A stretch of 36,013 nucleotides of DNA. Source: a virus (lineage: Duplodnaviria; Heunggongvirae; Uroviricota; Caudoviricetes). Below are positions 16,843 to 26,464 of this stretch, in pieces (the first letter of the stretch is position 1; every line of letters starts with the position of its first letter). The DNA is taken from IMG/VR virus record IMGVR_UViG_2648501802_000001. One strand, written 5' to 3'. The translations under genes were made by a program, and so were the position numbers. Under the pieces are notes generated by a model. It was not told where the DNA came from. It was given only the letters and a program-made list of their open reading frames with translations, and did not search any database.

Positions 16843-17339
16843 TGCCGGTAATTAACACGCATCAGAATATCGCCGCCTTTCTCGACATGCTGGCCGTGTC
16901 CGAAGGGACGGCGAACCATCCGCTGACGAAAAACCGGGGCTATGACGTGATAGTCACCGGACTGGACGGGAAGCCGGAAATCTTCACCGACTACAGTGAC
17001 CACCCGTTCGCACATGGCCGACCGGCGAAGGTGTTTAACCGTCGCGGTGAAAAATCCACGGCCTCCGGTCGCTATCAGCAGCTTTACCTGTTCTGGCCGC
17101 ACTACCGCAAACAGCTTGCCCTGCCGGATTTCAGTCCGTTGTCACAGGACAGACTCGCCATTCAGTTGATCCGCGAACGCGGTGCACTGGATGACATCCG
17201 GGCGGGACGCATTGAGCGCGCCATTTCACGCTGTCGCAATATCTGGGCGTCCCTGCCGGGTGCCGGTTACGGTCAGCGTGAGCATTCACTGGAAAAACTG
17301 GTCACCGTCTGGCGTACCGCCGGCGGCGTACCGGCTTAA
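16842..17339 (+). CDS. K: Endolysin (lysozyme)
   Basis: 165 aa, P2 gpK-like (MPVINTHQNIAAFLDMLAVSEGT). Confidence 0.88.
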   Translation: MPVINTHQNIAAFLDMLAVSEGTANHPLTKNRGYDVIVTGLDGKPEIFTDYSDHPFAHGRPAKVFNRRGEKSTASGRYQQLYLFWPHYRKQLALPDFSPLSQDRLAIQLIRERGALDDIRAGRIERAISRCRNIWASLPGAGYGQREHSLEKLVTVWRTAGGVPA

Positions 17340-17353
17340 ACGGAGTAAACACC

Positions 17354-17779
17354 ATGAAGAAATTATCCCTTTCACTGATGCTGAACGTGTCGCTGGCGCT
17401 GATGCTGGCACTGTCCCTGATTTACCCGAAGAGCGTGGCCGTCAGTTTTGTCGCTGTCTGGGCGATTCTGGCGACGGTTATCTGTGTGGTTGCCGGTGGT
17501 GTCGGCGTGTATGCCACGGAGTATGTGCTGGAACGCTACGGGCGGGAGCTACCGCCGGAATCGCTGGCCGTGAAGATTGTCGCATCGCTGTTTTTGCAGC
17601 CGGTGCCGTGGCGCAGACGGGCAGTGGCTCTGGTGGTGATGGTGACGACGTTTATCTCGCTGGTCGCTGCCGGGTGGATTTTTACCGCGCTGATTTATCT
17701 CGTGGCGTCGCTGTTCTTCCGGCTGATACGTACGGCCTGCCGTCAGCGTTTTGAGGGGCGGGAACCATGTCAAAGCTGA
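17354..17779 (+). CDS. lysA: Lysis timing protein LysA (membrane)
   Basis: 141 aa, multi-TM hydrophobic. Confidence 0.8.
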   Translation: MKKLSLSLMLNVSLALMLALSLIYPKSVAVSFVAVWAILATVICVVAGGVGVYATEYVLERYGRELPPESLAVKIVASLFLQPVPWRRRAVALVVMVTTFISLVAAGWIFTALIYLVASLFFRLIRTACRQRFEGREPCQS

Positions 17780-18192
17780 TGACTGTGCTGGTCGTGTTGT
17801 TATCGCTGGCGGTGGCCGGTCTGTTTCTGGTGAAACATAAAAATGCCAGCCTGCGCGCCTCGCTGGACAGGGCGAACAACGTCGCCAGTGAACAGCAGAC
17901 GACCATCACCATGCTGAAAAACCAGCTTCATGTTGCACTCACCAGGGCAGACAAAAACGAGCTGGCGCAGGTGGCACTGCGTCAGGAACTGGAGAACGCC
18001 GCGAAGCGTGAAGCACAGCGCGAGAAAACCATCACGAGGTTACTTAATGAAAACGAGGATTTTCGCCGCTGGTATGGCGCTGAGCTGCCTGATGCTGTGC
18101 GCCGGTTGCACCAGCGTCCCGCCTGCACCGATGCCAGTGATTGTCCACAACGCCTGCCCGAAAGTGAGTCTTTGCCCGATGCCGGGCAGTGA
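17767..18192 (+). CDS. lysB: LysB (Rz-like inner-membrane spanin)
   Basis: 141 aa with N-terminal TM and coiled-coil. Confidence 0.8.
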   Translation: MSKLMTVLVVLLSLAVAGLFLVKHKNASLRASLDRANNVASEQQTTITMLKNQLHVALTRADKNELAQVALRQELENAAKREAQREKTITRLLNENEDFRRWYGAELPDAVRRLHQRPACTDASDCPQRLPESESLPDAGQ

Positions 18193-18337
18193 CCCGGAGA
18201 CGAACGGCGATTTAAGTGCCGATATCCGGCAGCTTGAGAACGCGCTGGCACGCTGTGCCAGCCAGGTAAAAATGATTAAACACTGTCAGGACGAAAACGA
18301 TGCTCAAACCCGACAGCCTGCGCAGGGCGCTGACTGA
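18047..18337 (+). CDS. lysC: LysC (Rz1-like outer-membrane lipoprotein spanin), overlapping lysB in another frame
   Basis: MKTRIFAAGMALSCLMLCAGC lipobox signal peptide; proline-rich. Confidence 0.7.
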   Translation: MKTRIFAAGMALSCLMLCAGCTSVPPAPMPVIVHNACPKVSLCPMPGSDPETNGDLSADIRQLENALARCASQVKMIKHCQDENDAQTRQPAQGAD

Positions 18338-18767
18338 TGACGTCACGGTGCTGAAAACTAACCCCGATATGCTGCGGATATTCGTGGATAACGGGAGTAT
18401 TGCCTCCACGCTGGCGGAGTCGTTGTCATTCGAAAAGCGTTACACGCTCAATGTCATTGTGACCGACTTTACCGGTGATTTTGACCTGCTCATCGTGCCG
18501 GTGCTGGCGTGGCTGCGGGAAAATCAGCCCGACATCATGACCACCGACGAAGGCCAGAAAAAGGGCTTCACGTTTTATGCAGACATCAACAATGACAGCA
18601 GCTTTGATATCAGCATCAGCCTGATGCTGACCGAGCGCACGCTGGTCAGTGAGGTGGACGGCGCACTGCATGTGAAGAATATCCCGGAACCCACGCCGCC
18701 GGAGCCGGTCACCCGCCCGATGGAGCTTTATATCAATGGTGAACTGGTGAGCAAGTGGGATGAATGA
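18300..18767 (+). CDS. R: Tail completion protein R
   Basis: 155 aa, P2 gpR-like. Confidence 0.85.
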   Translation: MLKPDSLRRALTDDVTVLKTNPDMLRIFVDNGSIASTLAESLSFEKRYTLNVIVTDFTGDFDLLIVPVLAWLRENQPDIMTTDEGQKKGFTFYADINNDSSFDISISLMLTERTLVSEVDGALHVKNIPEPTPPEPVTRPMELYINGELVSKWDE

Positions 18768-19221
18768 GTTTAAGCGTTTTGAAGACCGGCTGACCGGACT
18801 GATTGAGTCGCTGTCACCGTCAGGGCGTCGTCGACTGGCGGTAGATATTGCGAAGAAGCTGCGCCAGCGCCAGCAGCAGCGAATTAAATTACAAAAAGCC
18901 CCGGATGGTACGCCGTATGTACCGAGAAAAAACCAACCAGTACGAAATAAGAAAGGCCGGATAAAGCGGGAAATGTTTATGAAATTACGCACTAACCGGT
19001 TTATGAAAGCAACCGGTAGCGAGAGTGCCGCGGTGGTGGAGTTTGCCAGCGGAGTGCAACGAATTGCGCGAGTGCATCAGTATGGTTTAAAAGATAGACC
19101 CAATCCCGACGTTAAACCTATTAAGTATGATGAACGTAAACTACTTGGTTTTTCACATAATGATATTGACTTTATAGAATCAACGATCATTAATTGTCTT
19201 CTGGAAAAATCCAGAGAATAG
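18760..19221 (+). CDS. S: Tail completion protein S (3' end AT-rich)
   Basis: 153 aa with P2 gpS-like N-terminus (MNEFKRFEDRLTGLIESLSPSGRRR); the last ~45 codons are AT-rich. Confidence 0.8.
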   Translation: MNEFKRFEDRLTGLIESLSPSGRRRLAVDIAKKLRQRQQQRIKLQKAPDGTPYVPRKNQPVRNKKGRIKREMFMKLRTNRFMKATGSESAAVVEFASGVQRIARVHQYGLKDRPNPDVKPIKYDERKLLGFSHNDIDFIESTIINCLLEKSRE

Positions 19222-19236
19222 GAAGGTAAAGTACAA

Positions 19237-19776
19237 GTGACATGTAAAAAGAATGAAGGTGATGTTGTAAAGAAAATTGAACTGGTGCTGAAAACAATCG
19301 CGCGGACGGATTCTTATTTAAATTCAGCCAATACTAAATCAACGATATTACTAAGCTTAGCTTCAGCTGTAATTGTTGCTATTATAGCAAATTTTGACAA
19401 AGTTATATGTCTGGTAGATGTGGATAGTGATAGGATTTTTCTCTCTCTTTTATTGATTGTAATAGTTGGGTTATTGGTGATCTCTTTGTTATTTTCTCTA
19501 AAAGGTGTTACTCCAAATATCTCTAAGAGTGATAAGGAGAATACTTTTTCATTTGTTGATATATCAAGTTATTATAGTAGTCTTGATTGCTATTCTAGTA
19601 GTTTTAAGTCAGTGAGTGATCTGGAGTTGTTGGAGCAGTTAATTGCATTGAATTATACTCTTTCCAGAGCATTAACTAGCAAATATGAGATGCAAATCAT
19701 AGCCATTGACTTTATAAAAATGGCTGTTTATGTGCTTTGTTTTTTAATATATGTGGTTGCTTTATCTAATTGGTGA
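19237..19776 (+). CDS. Small membrane protein with three predicted TM helices (candidate effector)
   Basis: 179 aa; GTG start with GGAAGG RBS; hydrophobic stretches ILLSLASAVIVAIIANF, IFLSLLLIVIVGLLVISLLFSL and IIAIDFIKMAVYVLCFLIYVVAL; very AT-rich. Confidence 0.7.
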   Translation: MTCKKNEGDVVKKIELVLKTIARTDSYLNSANTKSTILLSLASAVIVAIIANFDKVICLVDVDSDRIFLSLLLIVIVGLLVISLLFSLKGVTPNISKSDKENTFSFVDISSYYSSLDCYSSSFKSVSDLELLEQLIALNYTLSRALTSKYEMQIIAIDFIKMAVYVLCFLIYVVALSNW

Positions 19777-19786
19777 AGGTTTTTGT

Positions 19787-21139
19787 ATGTCCATAAAGAG
19801 TATTTATTTAGTATTAGATGAAAGGCTGGAAGAGATAATTTCAAAATCAAAATCGCAATCAGTCCATGATGCTATATTTGAATCAGTGGATAATACACAG
19901 TTGGCCACGGAGAGCTTAAGTAAATCTTCTGGTTTCGTAAGAAGTTCTATTTCATTGAAAAAAGATGTAGGTGGAGCTGATGTTCAAAGTTATCAGGTGA
20001 AAGATATTGTTAGAAATAAATTTGGCAAGCACGGTCCACTCATGACAAGTTTTGGATGTCATCCGGACTTTAATAAAATGGATGATGGTGAGGTGAGAAA
20101 TGGTTATTCCATTACCATGTTTATGGATATAATCGGCTCAACTAAACTTGGGGTTGTTTTTCCACCAGAAATAGTATTTAGAATCAAAAATGATATTATA
20201 AGATGTGCGATCGAAACAGTGAATGCATTTGATGGTCACGTCCATAGAATTATGGGTGATGCAGTAATGGCATTTTTCCGAAGTAATGACCGATATAAAA
20301 ACAATAAGATCGCAGACAGTGCAATTGATGCAATAAACTGTGCCGTTGTTTTGATTGAAATGTTCAAGGGGGTTGTTATACCTAAATTGAGTGATTTGGG
20401 AGTTGACGAAAACTTAGGAATAAGAATTGGTCTTGACTATGGCCCTCACGAGGAAGTGGTGTGGTCAAAATATGGCTATATGGAAAGTCATGAAGTGACT
20501 GCGACATCTTTTTTTGTTGATGTTGCGGCAAAACTTCAGCAAAAAGCTCCTAAAAACTCAATTATGATAGGTGCAAGTTTTGTAGAGTTATTAGGCCTTG
20601 ATGATGTTCAATTAAAACATAAAATTAACAGAAACAATGGCGTAGAACACAAGGAATTGTATTTAACCCCAAATTATAAAGATGCTTCAGGCAAACCAAT
20701 AAATTACAGACAATATGTATTTGATAACGAACGTTATTGTAATTTGCTGCCTATAAATGATGAGGGGGGTAAACTCATTGTAAAAGCAACGCTTAAGAAG
20801 AGTGAAAATGATGTGTCTGATGATGAGTATATTTGTTGTTCTCGAATGATAAAAAAGGGTATGGGTATCTCATTTAAAGGGTACTATTACTCACAAGAAC
20901 AGTACTCTAATCCCAGGTTCAAATTTCGTGTCGAAAATACAGGTCCTGATGCAGGTAATGTTGATAATAAGGGTAATCATGAGTCATATGAGGTAGCAAG
21001 GTACACTGGCGAGCGTTATTTTGCTAAGCATTGGGAAGATTGTCATTACAAAGGACTGCATTATATGTTTGTATCTTTTTGGAATGGGGATCAATTAATA
21101 GAAAGGGAGAGGTGTTTTTCAGTTTTTATTAACGATTAA
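19787..21139 (+). CDS. Class III nucleotidyl cyclase-like protein with uncharacterised N- and C-terminal extensions
   Basis: Motifs FMDIIGST (aa ~112) and HRIMGDAVMAFF (aa ~154), with the two Asp residues about 44 residues apart; ATG 19787 with GGTGAAGG RBS (the track ORF starts at 19751); AT-rich. Confidence 0.75.
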   Translation: MSIKSIYLVLDERLEEIISKSKSQSVHDAIFESVDNTQLATESLSKSSGFVRSSISLKKDVGGADVQSYQVKDIVRNKFGKHGPLMTSFGCHPDFNKMDDGEVRNGYSITMFMDIIGSTKLGVVFPPEIVFRIKNDIIRCAIETVNAFDGHVHRIMGDAVMAFFRSNDRYKNNKIADSAIDAINCAVVLIEMFKGVVIPKLSDLGVDENLGIRIGLDYGPHEEVVWSKYGYMESHEVTATSFFVDVAAKLQQKAPKNSIMIGASFVELLGLDDVQLKHKINRNNGVEHKELYLTPNYKDASGKPINYRQYVFDNERYCNLLPINDEGGKLIVKATLKKSENDVSDDEYICCSRMIKKGMGISFKGYYYSQEQYSNPRFKFRVENTGPDAGNVDNKGNHESYEVARYTGERYFAKHWEDCHYKGLHYMFVSFWNGDQLIERERCFSVFIND

Positions 21140-21239
21140 ATTGTGATTTATTTGAGGGGGGGAATGTAGTCTGTTGTATCATACCTCACCAAAGCATCAA
21201 AATTTGCCGCTAGTGTAAACTAGCGGCATCCTTCCCGTT
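21140..21239 (+). promoter_or_regulatory. Putative late promoter region upstream of V
   Basis: CTGTTGTATCA (21171-21181) resembles the element upstream of O; a GCCGCTAG...CTAGCGGC hairpin just before the V start. Confidence 0.35.
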
Positions 21240-21875
21240 ATGAACACTCTCGCAAATATTCAGGAACTCGCGCGCGCACTGCGCAACATGATTCGCACCG
21301 GCATTATCATCGAAACCGACCTTAACGCCGGTCGCTGCCGTGTGCAGACCGGCGGCATGTGCACCGACTGGCTTCAGTGGCTGACCTGTCGTGCCGGGCG
21401 TTCGCGCACATGGTGGGCACCTTCCGTGGGGGAGCAGGTGCTGATTCTGGCCGTGGGCGGTGAACTTGACACGGCGTTTGTTCTGCCGGGGATTTATTCC
21501 GGCGATAACCCCGCGCCGTCTGCGTCGGCGGATGCCCTGCATATCCGTTTCCCTGACGGGGCGGTGATTGAGTATGAACCCGAAACCAGTGCACTCACGG
21601 TAAGCGGAATTAAAACGGCCAGCGTGACGGCTTCTGATTCTGTTACTGCCACGGTGCCGGTGGTCACGGTGAAAGCATCAACCCGCGTCACCCTGGACAC
21701 ACCGGAGGTGGTCTGCACCAACAGGCTGATTACCGGCACGCTGGAAGTGCAGAAGGGCGGGACGATGCGCGGCAACATTGAACACACCGGCGGTGAACTC
21801 TCATCAAACGGTAAGGTACTGCATACCCATAAACACCCCGGCGACAGCGGCGGCACAACCGGGAGTCCTCTATGA
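21240..21875 (+). CDS. V: Baseplate spike protein
   Basis: 211 aa, P2 gpV-like. Confidence 0.9.
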   Translation: MNTLANIQELARALRNMIRTGIIIETDLNAGRCRVQTGGMCTDWLQWLTCRAGRSRTWWAPSVGEQVLILAVGGELDTAFVLPGIYSGDNPAPSASADALHIRFPDGAVIEYEPETSALTVSGIKTASVTASDSVTATVPVVTVKASTRVTLDTPEVVCTNRLITGTLEVQKGGTMRGNIEHTGGELSSNGKVLHTHKHPGDSGGTTGSPL

Positions 21876-22219
21876 CAGCGCGTTATCTCGGAATGAATCG
21901 CAGTGATGGCCTGACTGTCACTGACCTTGAGCATATCAGCCAGAGTATCGGCGATATCCTGCGCACACCGGTCGGCTCACGGGTGATGCGTCGTGATTAC
22001 GGCTCGTTGCTGGAGTCAATGATTGACCAGCCGCAGACCCCGGCGCTTGAGTTGCAGATTAAGGTCGCCTGTTACATGGCGGTGCTGAAATGGGAACCCC
22101 GCGTCACCCTGTCATCCGTCACCACTGAGCGCAGTTTTGACGGGCGAATGACGGTCACGTTAACCGGCCAGCACAACGACACCGGCCAGCCACTTTCGTT
22201 AACCATCCCTGTGAGTTGA
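21872..22219 (+). CDS. W: Baseplate wedge protein
   Basis: 115 aa, P2 gpW-like. Confidence 0.88.
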   Translation: MTARYLGMNRSDGLTVTDLEHISQSIGDILRTPVGSRVMRRDYGSLLESMIDQPQTPALELQIKVACYMAVLKWEPRVTLSSVTTERSFDGRMTVTLTGQHNDTGQPLSLTIPVS

Positions 22220-22223
22220 AACC

Positions 22224-23132
22224 ATGCCGATTATCGACCTGAACCAGCTACCCGCACCGGATGTGGTCGAGGAGCTGGACTTTGAAACCATTCTTGCCGA
22301 ACGCAAGGCGACACTGATTTCCCTTTACCCGGAAGACCAGCAGGAGGCGGTCGCCCGTACCCTGACGCTGGAATCCGAGCCTCTCGTCAAACTGCTGGAG
22401 GAAAATGCTTATCGTGAGCTTATCTGGCGTCAGCGTGTGAATGAGGCCGCACGGGCGGTGATGCTGGCCTGTGCCGCCGGTAATGACCTTGATGTGATTG
22501 GTGCCAATTACAACACCACGCGCCTGATTATCACCCCGGCAGATGATTCGACTATCCCGCCGACACCGGCAGTGATGGAGTCTGACACCGATTATCGTCT
22601 GCGTATTCAGCAGGCGTTTGAAGGTTTAAGCGTCGCCGGGTCGGTGGGGGCCTATCAGTATCATGGTCGAAGTGCCGACGGGCGTGTCGCGGATATCTCT
22701 GTCACCAGTCCTTCTCCGGCCTGCGTCACCATCTCTGTGCTGTCACGTGAAAATAACGGTGTCGCATCCGAAGACCTGCTGGCGGTGGTGCGTAACGCCC
22801 TTAATGGCGAGGACGTCAGGCCGGTGGCCGACCGCGTGACCGTGCAGTCTGCCGCCATCGTTGAATACCAGATAAACGCCACGCTTTACCTTTACCCTGG
22901 TCCCGAAAGCGAACCCATCCGCGCCGCCGCCGTGAAAAAACTGGAAGCGTACGTCACGGCACAGCACCGGCTGGGGCGCGACATCCGTCTGTCTGCCATT
23001 TATGCCGCTTTGCATGTGGAAGGCGTGCAGCGTGTCGAACTGGCTGCACCGCTGGCCGATATCGTGCTTAACAGCACGCAGGCGTCTTTCTGCACCGAAT
23101 ACCGCGTCGTGACCGGAGGCTCGGATGAGTGA
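22224..23132 (+). CDS. J: Baseplate assembly protein
   Basis: 302 aa, P2 gpJ-like. Confidence 0.88.
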   Translation: MPIIDLNQLPAPDVVEELDFETILAERKATLISLYPEDQQEAVARTLTLESEPLVKLLEENAYRELIWRQRVNEAARAVMLACAAGNDLDVIGANYNTTRLIITPADDSTIPPTPAVMESDTDYRLRIQQAFEGLSVAGSVGAYQYHGRSADGRVADISVTSPSPACVTISVLSRENNGVASEDLLAVVRNALNGEDVRPVADRVTVQSAAIVEYQINATLYLYPGPESEPIRAAAVKKLEAYVTAQHRLGRDIRLSAIYAALHVEGVQRVELAAPLADIVLNSTQASFCTEYRVVTGGSDE

Positions 23133-23736
23133 TTCGCGCCTGCTGCCGACCGGCTCATCACCGCTTGAAGTCGCCGCCGCAAAAGCCTGTGCGGAAATTG
23201 AAAAAACGCCGGTCAGTATTCGTGAACTGTGGAACCCGGATACCTGCCAGGCAAATCTGCTGCCGTGGCTGGCGTGGTCATTTTCGGTTGACCGCTGGGA
23301 TGATAAGTGGCCGGAAGCGACAAAACGCGCTGTTATCCGCGATGCGTATTTCATTCACTGTCATAAAGGCACTATAGGTGCAATCCGGCGTGTGGTGGAG
23401 CCGCTCGGCTATCTGATTGAGGTGAGGGAGTGGTGGCAGCTCAACGAGGAGCCGGGGACGTTCCGTATCGTTGTTGGCGTGCTTGAGCAGGGTATTACCG
23501 AAGAAATGTATCAGGAGCTGGAGCGCCTCGTTGCTGATGCAAAACCGGCGAGCCGCCATCTGACGGGACTGGCTATCAGTTTAAGTACAACCGGCAACAT
23601 TTTTGCCGGTGCGGGATGCTATCACGGCGACGCCCTGACGGTTTATCCCTACACCCCGGAGGCCATTATTGTCGGAGGGGATTATTTCCCGGCCTCGGCC
23701 ATTCATTTAATTGATAACCTGAGAGTAAACGCATGA
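23125..23736 (+). CDS. I: Baseplate protein
   Basis: 203 aa, in the gpI position. Confidence 0.8.
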   Translation: MSDSRLLPTGSSPLEVAAAKACAEIEKTPVSIRELWNPDTCQANLLPWLAWSFSVDRWDDKWPEATKRAVIRDAYFIHCHKGTIGAIRRVVEPLGYLIEVREWWQLNEEPGTFRIVVGVLEQGITEEMYQELERLVADAKPASRHLTGLAISLSTTGNIFAGAGCYHGDALTVYPYTPEAIIVGGDYFPASAIHLIDNLRVNA

Positions 23737-24932
23737 CAGTGAAATACTACGCCATTCTGACTAATCAGGGCGCAGCACGGCTGGCTAACGCGACGATGCT
23801 CGGCAGTAAGCTGAATCTGACGCAAATGGCCGTTGGTGATGCGAATGGTGTCTTGCCGACACCAGACCCGGCACAGACAAAACTGATTAACCAGAAACGC
23901 ATCGCGCCGCTGAATCTTCTGAGTGTTGACCCGAACAACCAGAGCCAGATTATTGCGGAGCAAATCATCCCTGAGAACGAGGGCGGATTCTGGATCCGTG
24001 AGATTGGGCTTTATGATGATGAAGGCGTACTCATTGCGGTGGCGAACTGCCCGGAAACGTACAAACCGCAGTTGCAGGAAGGCAGTGGTCGTACCCAGAC
24101 TATCCGCATGATTCTGGTTGTCACGAATACCGAAGCTATCACGCTGAAAATCGACCCGTCGGTGGTACTGGCGACCCGTAAATACGTGGATGATGAAGTC
24201 CTGGAATTAAAGCTGTATGTGGATGACCAGATGAGAAACCACATTGCCGCACAGGATCCTCATACCCAGTATGCGCAGAAACATAATCCGACATTTACCG
24301 GAGAACCAAAAGCGCCGACGCCTGCCGCAGGAAATAACACCACGCGGATTGCGACCACTGAGTTTGTTCAGGCCGCTATTACCGCTCTGATTAACGGTGC
24401 GCCAGCCACACTGGACACACTGAAAGAAATTGCCGCGGCCATTAACAATGACCCGAAATTCAGCACCACCATTAACAATGCGCTGTCAGGTAAGCAGCCA
24501 CTGGATGAGACGCTGACTCATTTGAGTGGAAAGGATGTAGCTGGTCTTCTCGCATACCTTGGTTTGAGAGAAGCGGCAAAACGGGATGTGGGGACAGGGG
24601 AAAATCAGATACCGGACATGGCCTCTTTTGCCAGTGGTGATGGATGGATGAAATTACCCAACGGGAAAATCCTGCAATATGGTCGTGGTGCGGTTACGCC
24701 GACATTATCGACGCAAACAATGAGAATTACATTCAGCATCCCTTTCCCCAAAAAAGCGGACTGCGCCATGCTTACTCATTCTGGTGATGGCGGTGCGCCT
24801 TTAGGCGCTGGGCGAGGGTTCGTGATGACTGCAGAAGGCCCAACGTTAACCGGCTTTAATTCTGCTTACAGAACGTCATCAACCAGCGACACGGTATCGA
24901 TGAATTACAGTTGGTGGGCTGTTGGTGAGTAA
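23733..24932 (+). CDS. H: Tail fibre protein with exchangeable C-terminus
   Basis: 399 aa with conserved P2 gpH N-terminus (MTVKYYAILTNQGAARLANA...); an inversion crossover site lies inside the gene at about 24556. Confidence 0.85.
   Translation: MTVKYYAILTNQGAARLANATMLGSKLNLTQMAVGDANGVLPTPDPAQTKLINQKRIAPLNLLSVDPNNQSQIIAEQIIPENEGGFWIREIGLYDDEGVLIAVANCPETYKPQLQEGSGRTQTIRMILVVTNTEAITLKIDPSVVLATRKYVDDEVLELKLYVDDQMRNHIAAQDPHTQYAQKHNPTFTGEPKAPTPAAGNNTTRIATTEFVQAAITALINGAPATLDTLKEIAAAINNDPKFSTTINNALSGKQPLDETLTHLSGKDVAGLLAYLGLREAAKRDVGTGENQIPDMASFASGDGWMKLPNGKILQYGRGAVTPTLSTQTMRITFSIPFPKKADCAMLTHSGDGGAPLGAGRGFVMTAEGPTLTGFNSAYRTSSTSDTVSMNYSWWAVGE
24556..24572. repeat. Left inversion crossover site (hix/gix-like)
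   Basis: ACCTTGGTTTGAGAGAA; its inverted partner is at 26456-26472 with 2 mismatches; core resembles the hix ACCTTGGTTT. Confidence 0.6.
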
Positions 24933-24943
24933 TTTTATTCAGG

Positions 24944-25396
24944 GTGATTTATATGAACGAATATGTTTATAGCGCAAGGCATAATGCTTTTTTCCCTGTG
25001 GATATGATTGATAAATATAAATCAGAGGGATGGGATTTATCAGACGCTAAGGAAGTAAATCAAAATATTATCAGTGAGTTTATGGCTGAACCGCCACAAG
25101 GAAAAATCCGTATTGCCGGAGATGATGGGCTGCCTGCGTGGGCAGATATTCCTCCACCCACGCATGAAGAGCTTATTGAAATTACTGAATCAGAAAGACA
25201 GCTACTAATTAACCAGGCCAACGAATACATGAACAGTAAGCAATGGCCCGGTAAAGCCGCTATTGGTCGTCTGAAAGGTGAGGAACTGGCGCAATATAAT
25301 TTGTGGCTGGATTATCTGGATGCACTGGAGCTGGTTGATACCTCCAGTGCACCAGATATTGAATGGCCTACGCCTCCGGCAGTTCAGGCCAGATGA
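24944..25396 (+). CDS. Tail fibre assembly chaperone (gpG/Tfa-like)
   Basis: 150 aa immediately after H; conserved Tfa-type C-terminus. Confidence 0.75.
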   Translation: MIYMNEYVYSARHNAFFPVDMIDKYKSEGWDLSDAKEVNQNIISEFMAEPPQGKIRIAGDDGLPAWADIPPPTHEELIEITESERQLLINQANEYMNSKQWPGKAAIGRLKGEELAQYNLWLDYLDALELVDTSSAPDIEWPTPPAVQAR

Positions 25397-25970
25397 CATC
25401 CGGCGCGGTGCTGGTATCTGTTGCCGTCACCGCGTCAATGTAATCCAGCACAGCGTTAAGCCGGGTTGTTTCTGCCTGCGTCAGTTTACGTCCGGCCTGC
25501 AATTTCAGTTGAATCAGACTGATGGAAGCCATTGCAGTATCAATCAGCGACTGGCGCTGTGCTTCTGCTGCATCTACTGCGGCGCTATGCTGTGCCTCGG
25601 TATCCGTCACCCATTTCTCACCATCCCATTTATCATATGGCGTTAATGGGGCGATAGTGGTTGTATTTTCAGGGTAATCACCCGGAGCGGTGATTTCTTT
25701 TGATTCTCCTGTTTCGGTGCTATAGACCGTTTCACCGCGATGGTCTGGCACATATTCCCATGAGTTAAAATCTGCAGAACGGCAGATTGCATAACCAGCC
25801 TTATGTGTGCCAGGGGCATCTAAACAGGAACATGCCGGAATGCCGACACCAACGGCAAGATATTCATTTGAAGTGGAAATATATTCCCGTGTTTCACCAT
25901 CATAGTTATAAACGGTAACATCCCCTGCCTTTGTTGCAATGAGCTCACTATTTAATATTGCTTTATGCAT
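25368..25970 (-). CDS. Alternative tail fibre assembly chaperone (Tfa') in the invertible segment
   Basis: 200 aa, convergent with the forward Tfa; start overlaps the stop of the alternative fibre segment (ATGA). Confidence 0.7.
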   Translation of the reverse strand: MHKAILNSELIATKAGDVTVYNYDGETREYISTSNEYLAVGVGIPACSCLDAPGTHKAGYAICRSADFNSWEYVPDHRGETVYSTETGESKEITAPGDYPENTTTIAPLTPYDKWDGEKWVTDTEAQHSAAVDAAEAQRQSLIDTAMASISLIQLKLQAGRKLTQAETTRLNAVLDYIDAVTATDTSTAPDVIWPELPEA

Positions 25971-26464
25971 CAGGCTGCCCTCACGATATAGTTAAATGCA
26001 ATATTACGCGGACGCGTTTCTGAGGCTGCGGCACCTAAACCAGCCACTGATTGTTTATATGTTTTAAAGGTTCCATAATCCGGTGCTGGTAATCCAGCAT
26101 CGTTTGTGTTTCCTCTTTTGATAATGTCAGTGCCACTATTTACCCAGCTTTCATCAAAATAGAAATTAATCGTTGCATCAGTCACAATCGTGGATCTTGA
26201 CGGTAATCCATGAGCATGATCCTCCGTTGCATACCCCTGAATACTTAAAATAGAGCGACCTGTATCAATCCCCCGCCCGTCATCCCAGCCACGAATAAAC
26301 TCACCACGTAAATCAGGCAATTTATTTGTCGGGTAAGCCTTTGCCAGTTCCGGGTATTCTTCAGCCGAAAAAGCAGCCCCGTTGCATTTCAGCCAGCCTG
26401 TTGGCGGCGTAGCTGAAGGCCAAGGAACTGGTATGCCAACAGGCAACGCAGAACCTTCTCCCAA
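25970..26464 (-). CDS. Promoterless alternative tail fibre C-terminal segment (H')
   Basis: Fibre-tip-like sequence on the minus strand with no ATG start (the track M is a TTG); reading frame stays open up to the right crossover site. Confidence 0.6.
   Translation of the reverse strand: MGEGSALPVGIPVPWPSATPPTGWLKCNGAAFSAEEYPELAKAYPTNKLPDLRGEFIRGWDDGRGIDTGRSILSIQGYATEDHAHGLPSRSTIVTDATINFYFDESWVNSGTDIIKRGNTNDAGLPAPDYGTFKTYKQSVAGLGAAASETRPRNIAFNYIVRAA

Noticed and set aside
19237-19776. Canonical Pycsar PycTM effector assignment for the 3-TM protein
   Set aside because: At 179 aa with three hydrophobic helices it has no room for a ~120-aa cyclic-nucleotide-binding domain, so I call it only a candidate membrane effector of unknown gating.
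21154-21162. G7 homopolymer just downstream of the cyclase gene
   Set aside because: Short intergenic homopolymer with no evident repeat structure or coding consequence; possibly just the cassette's right boundary.
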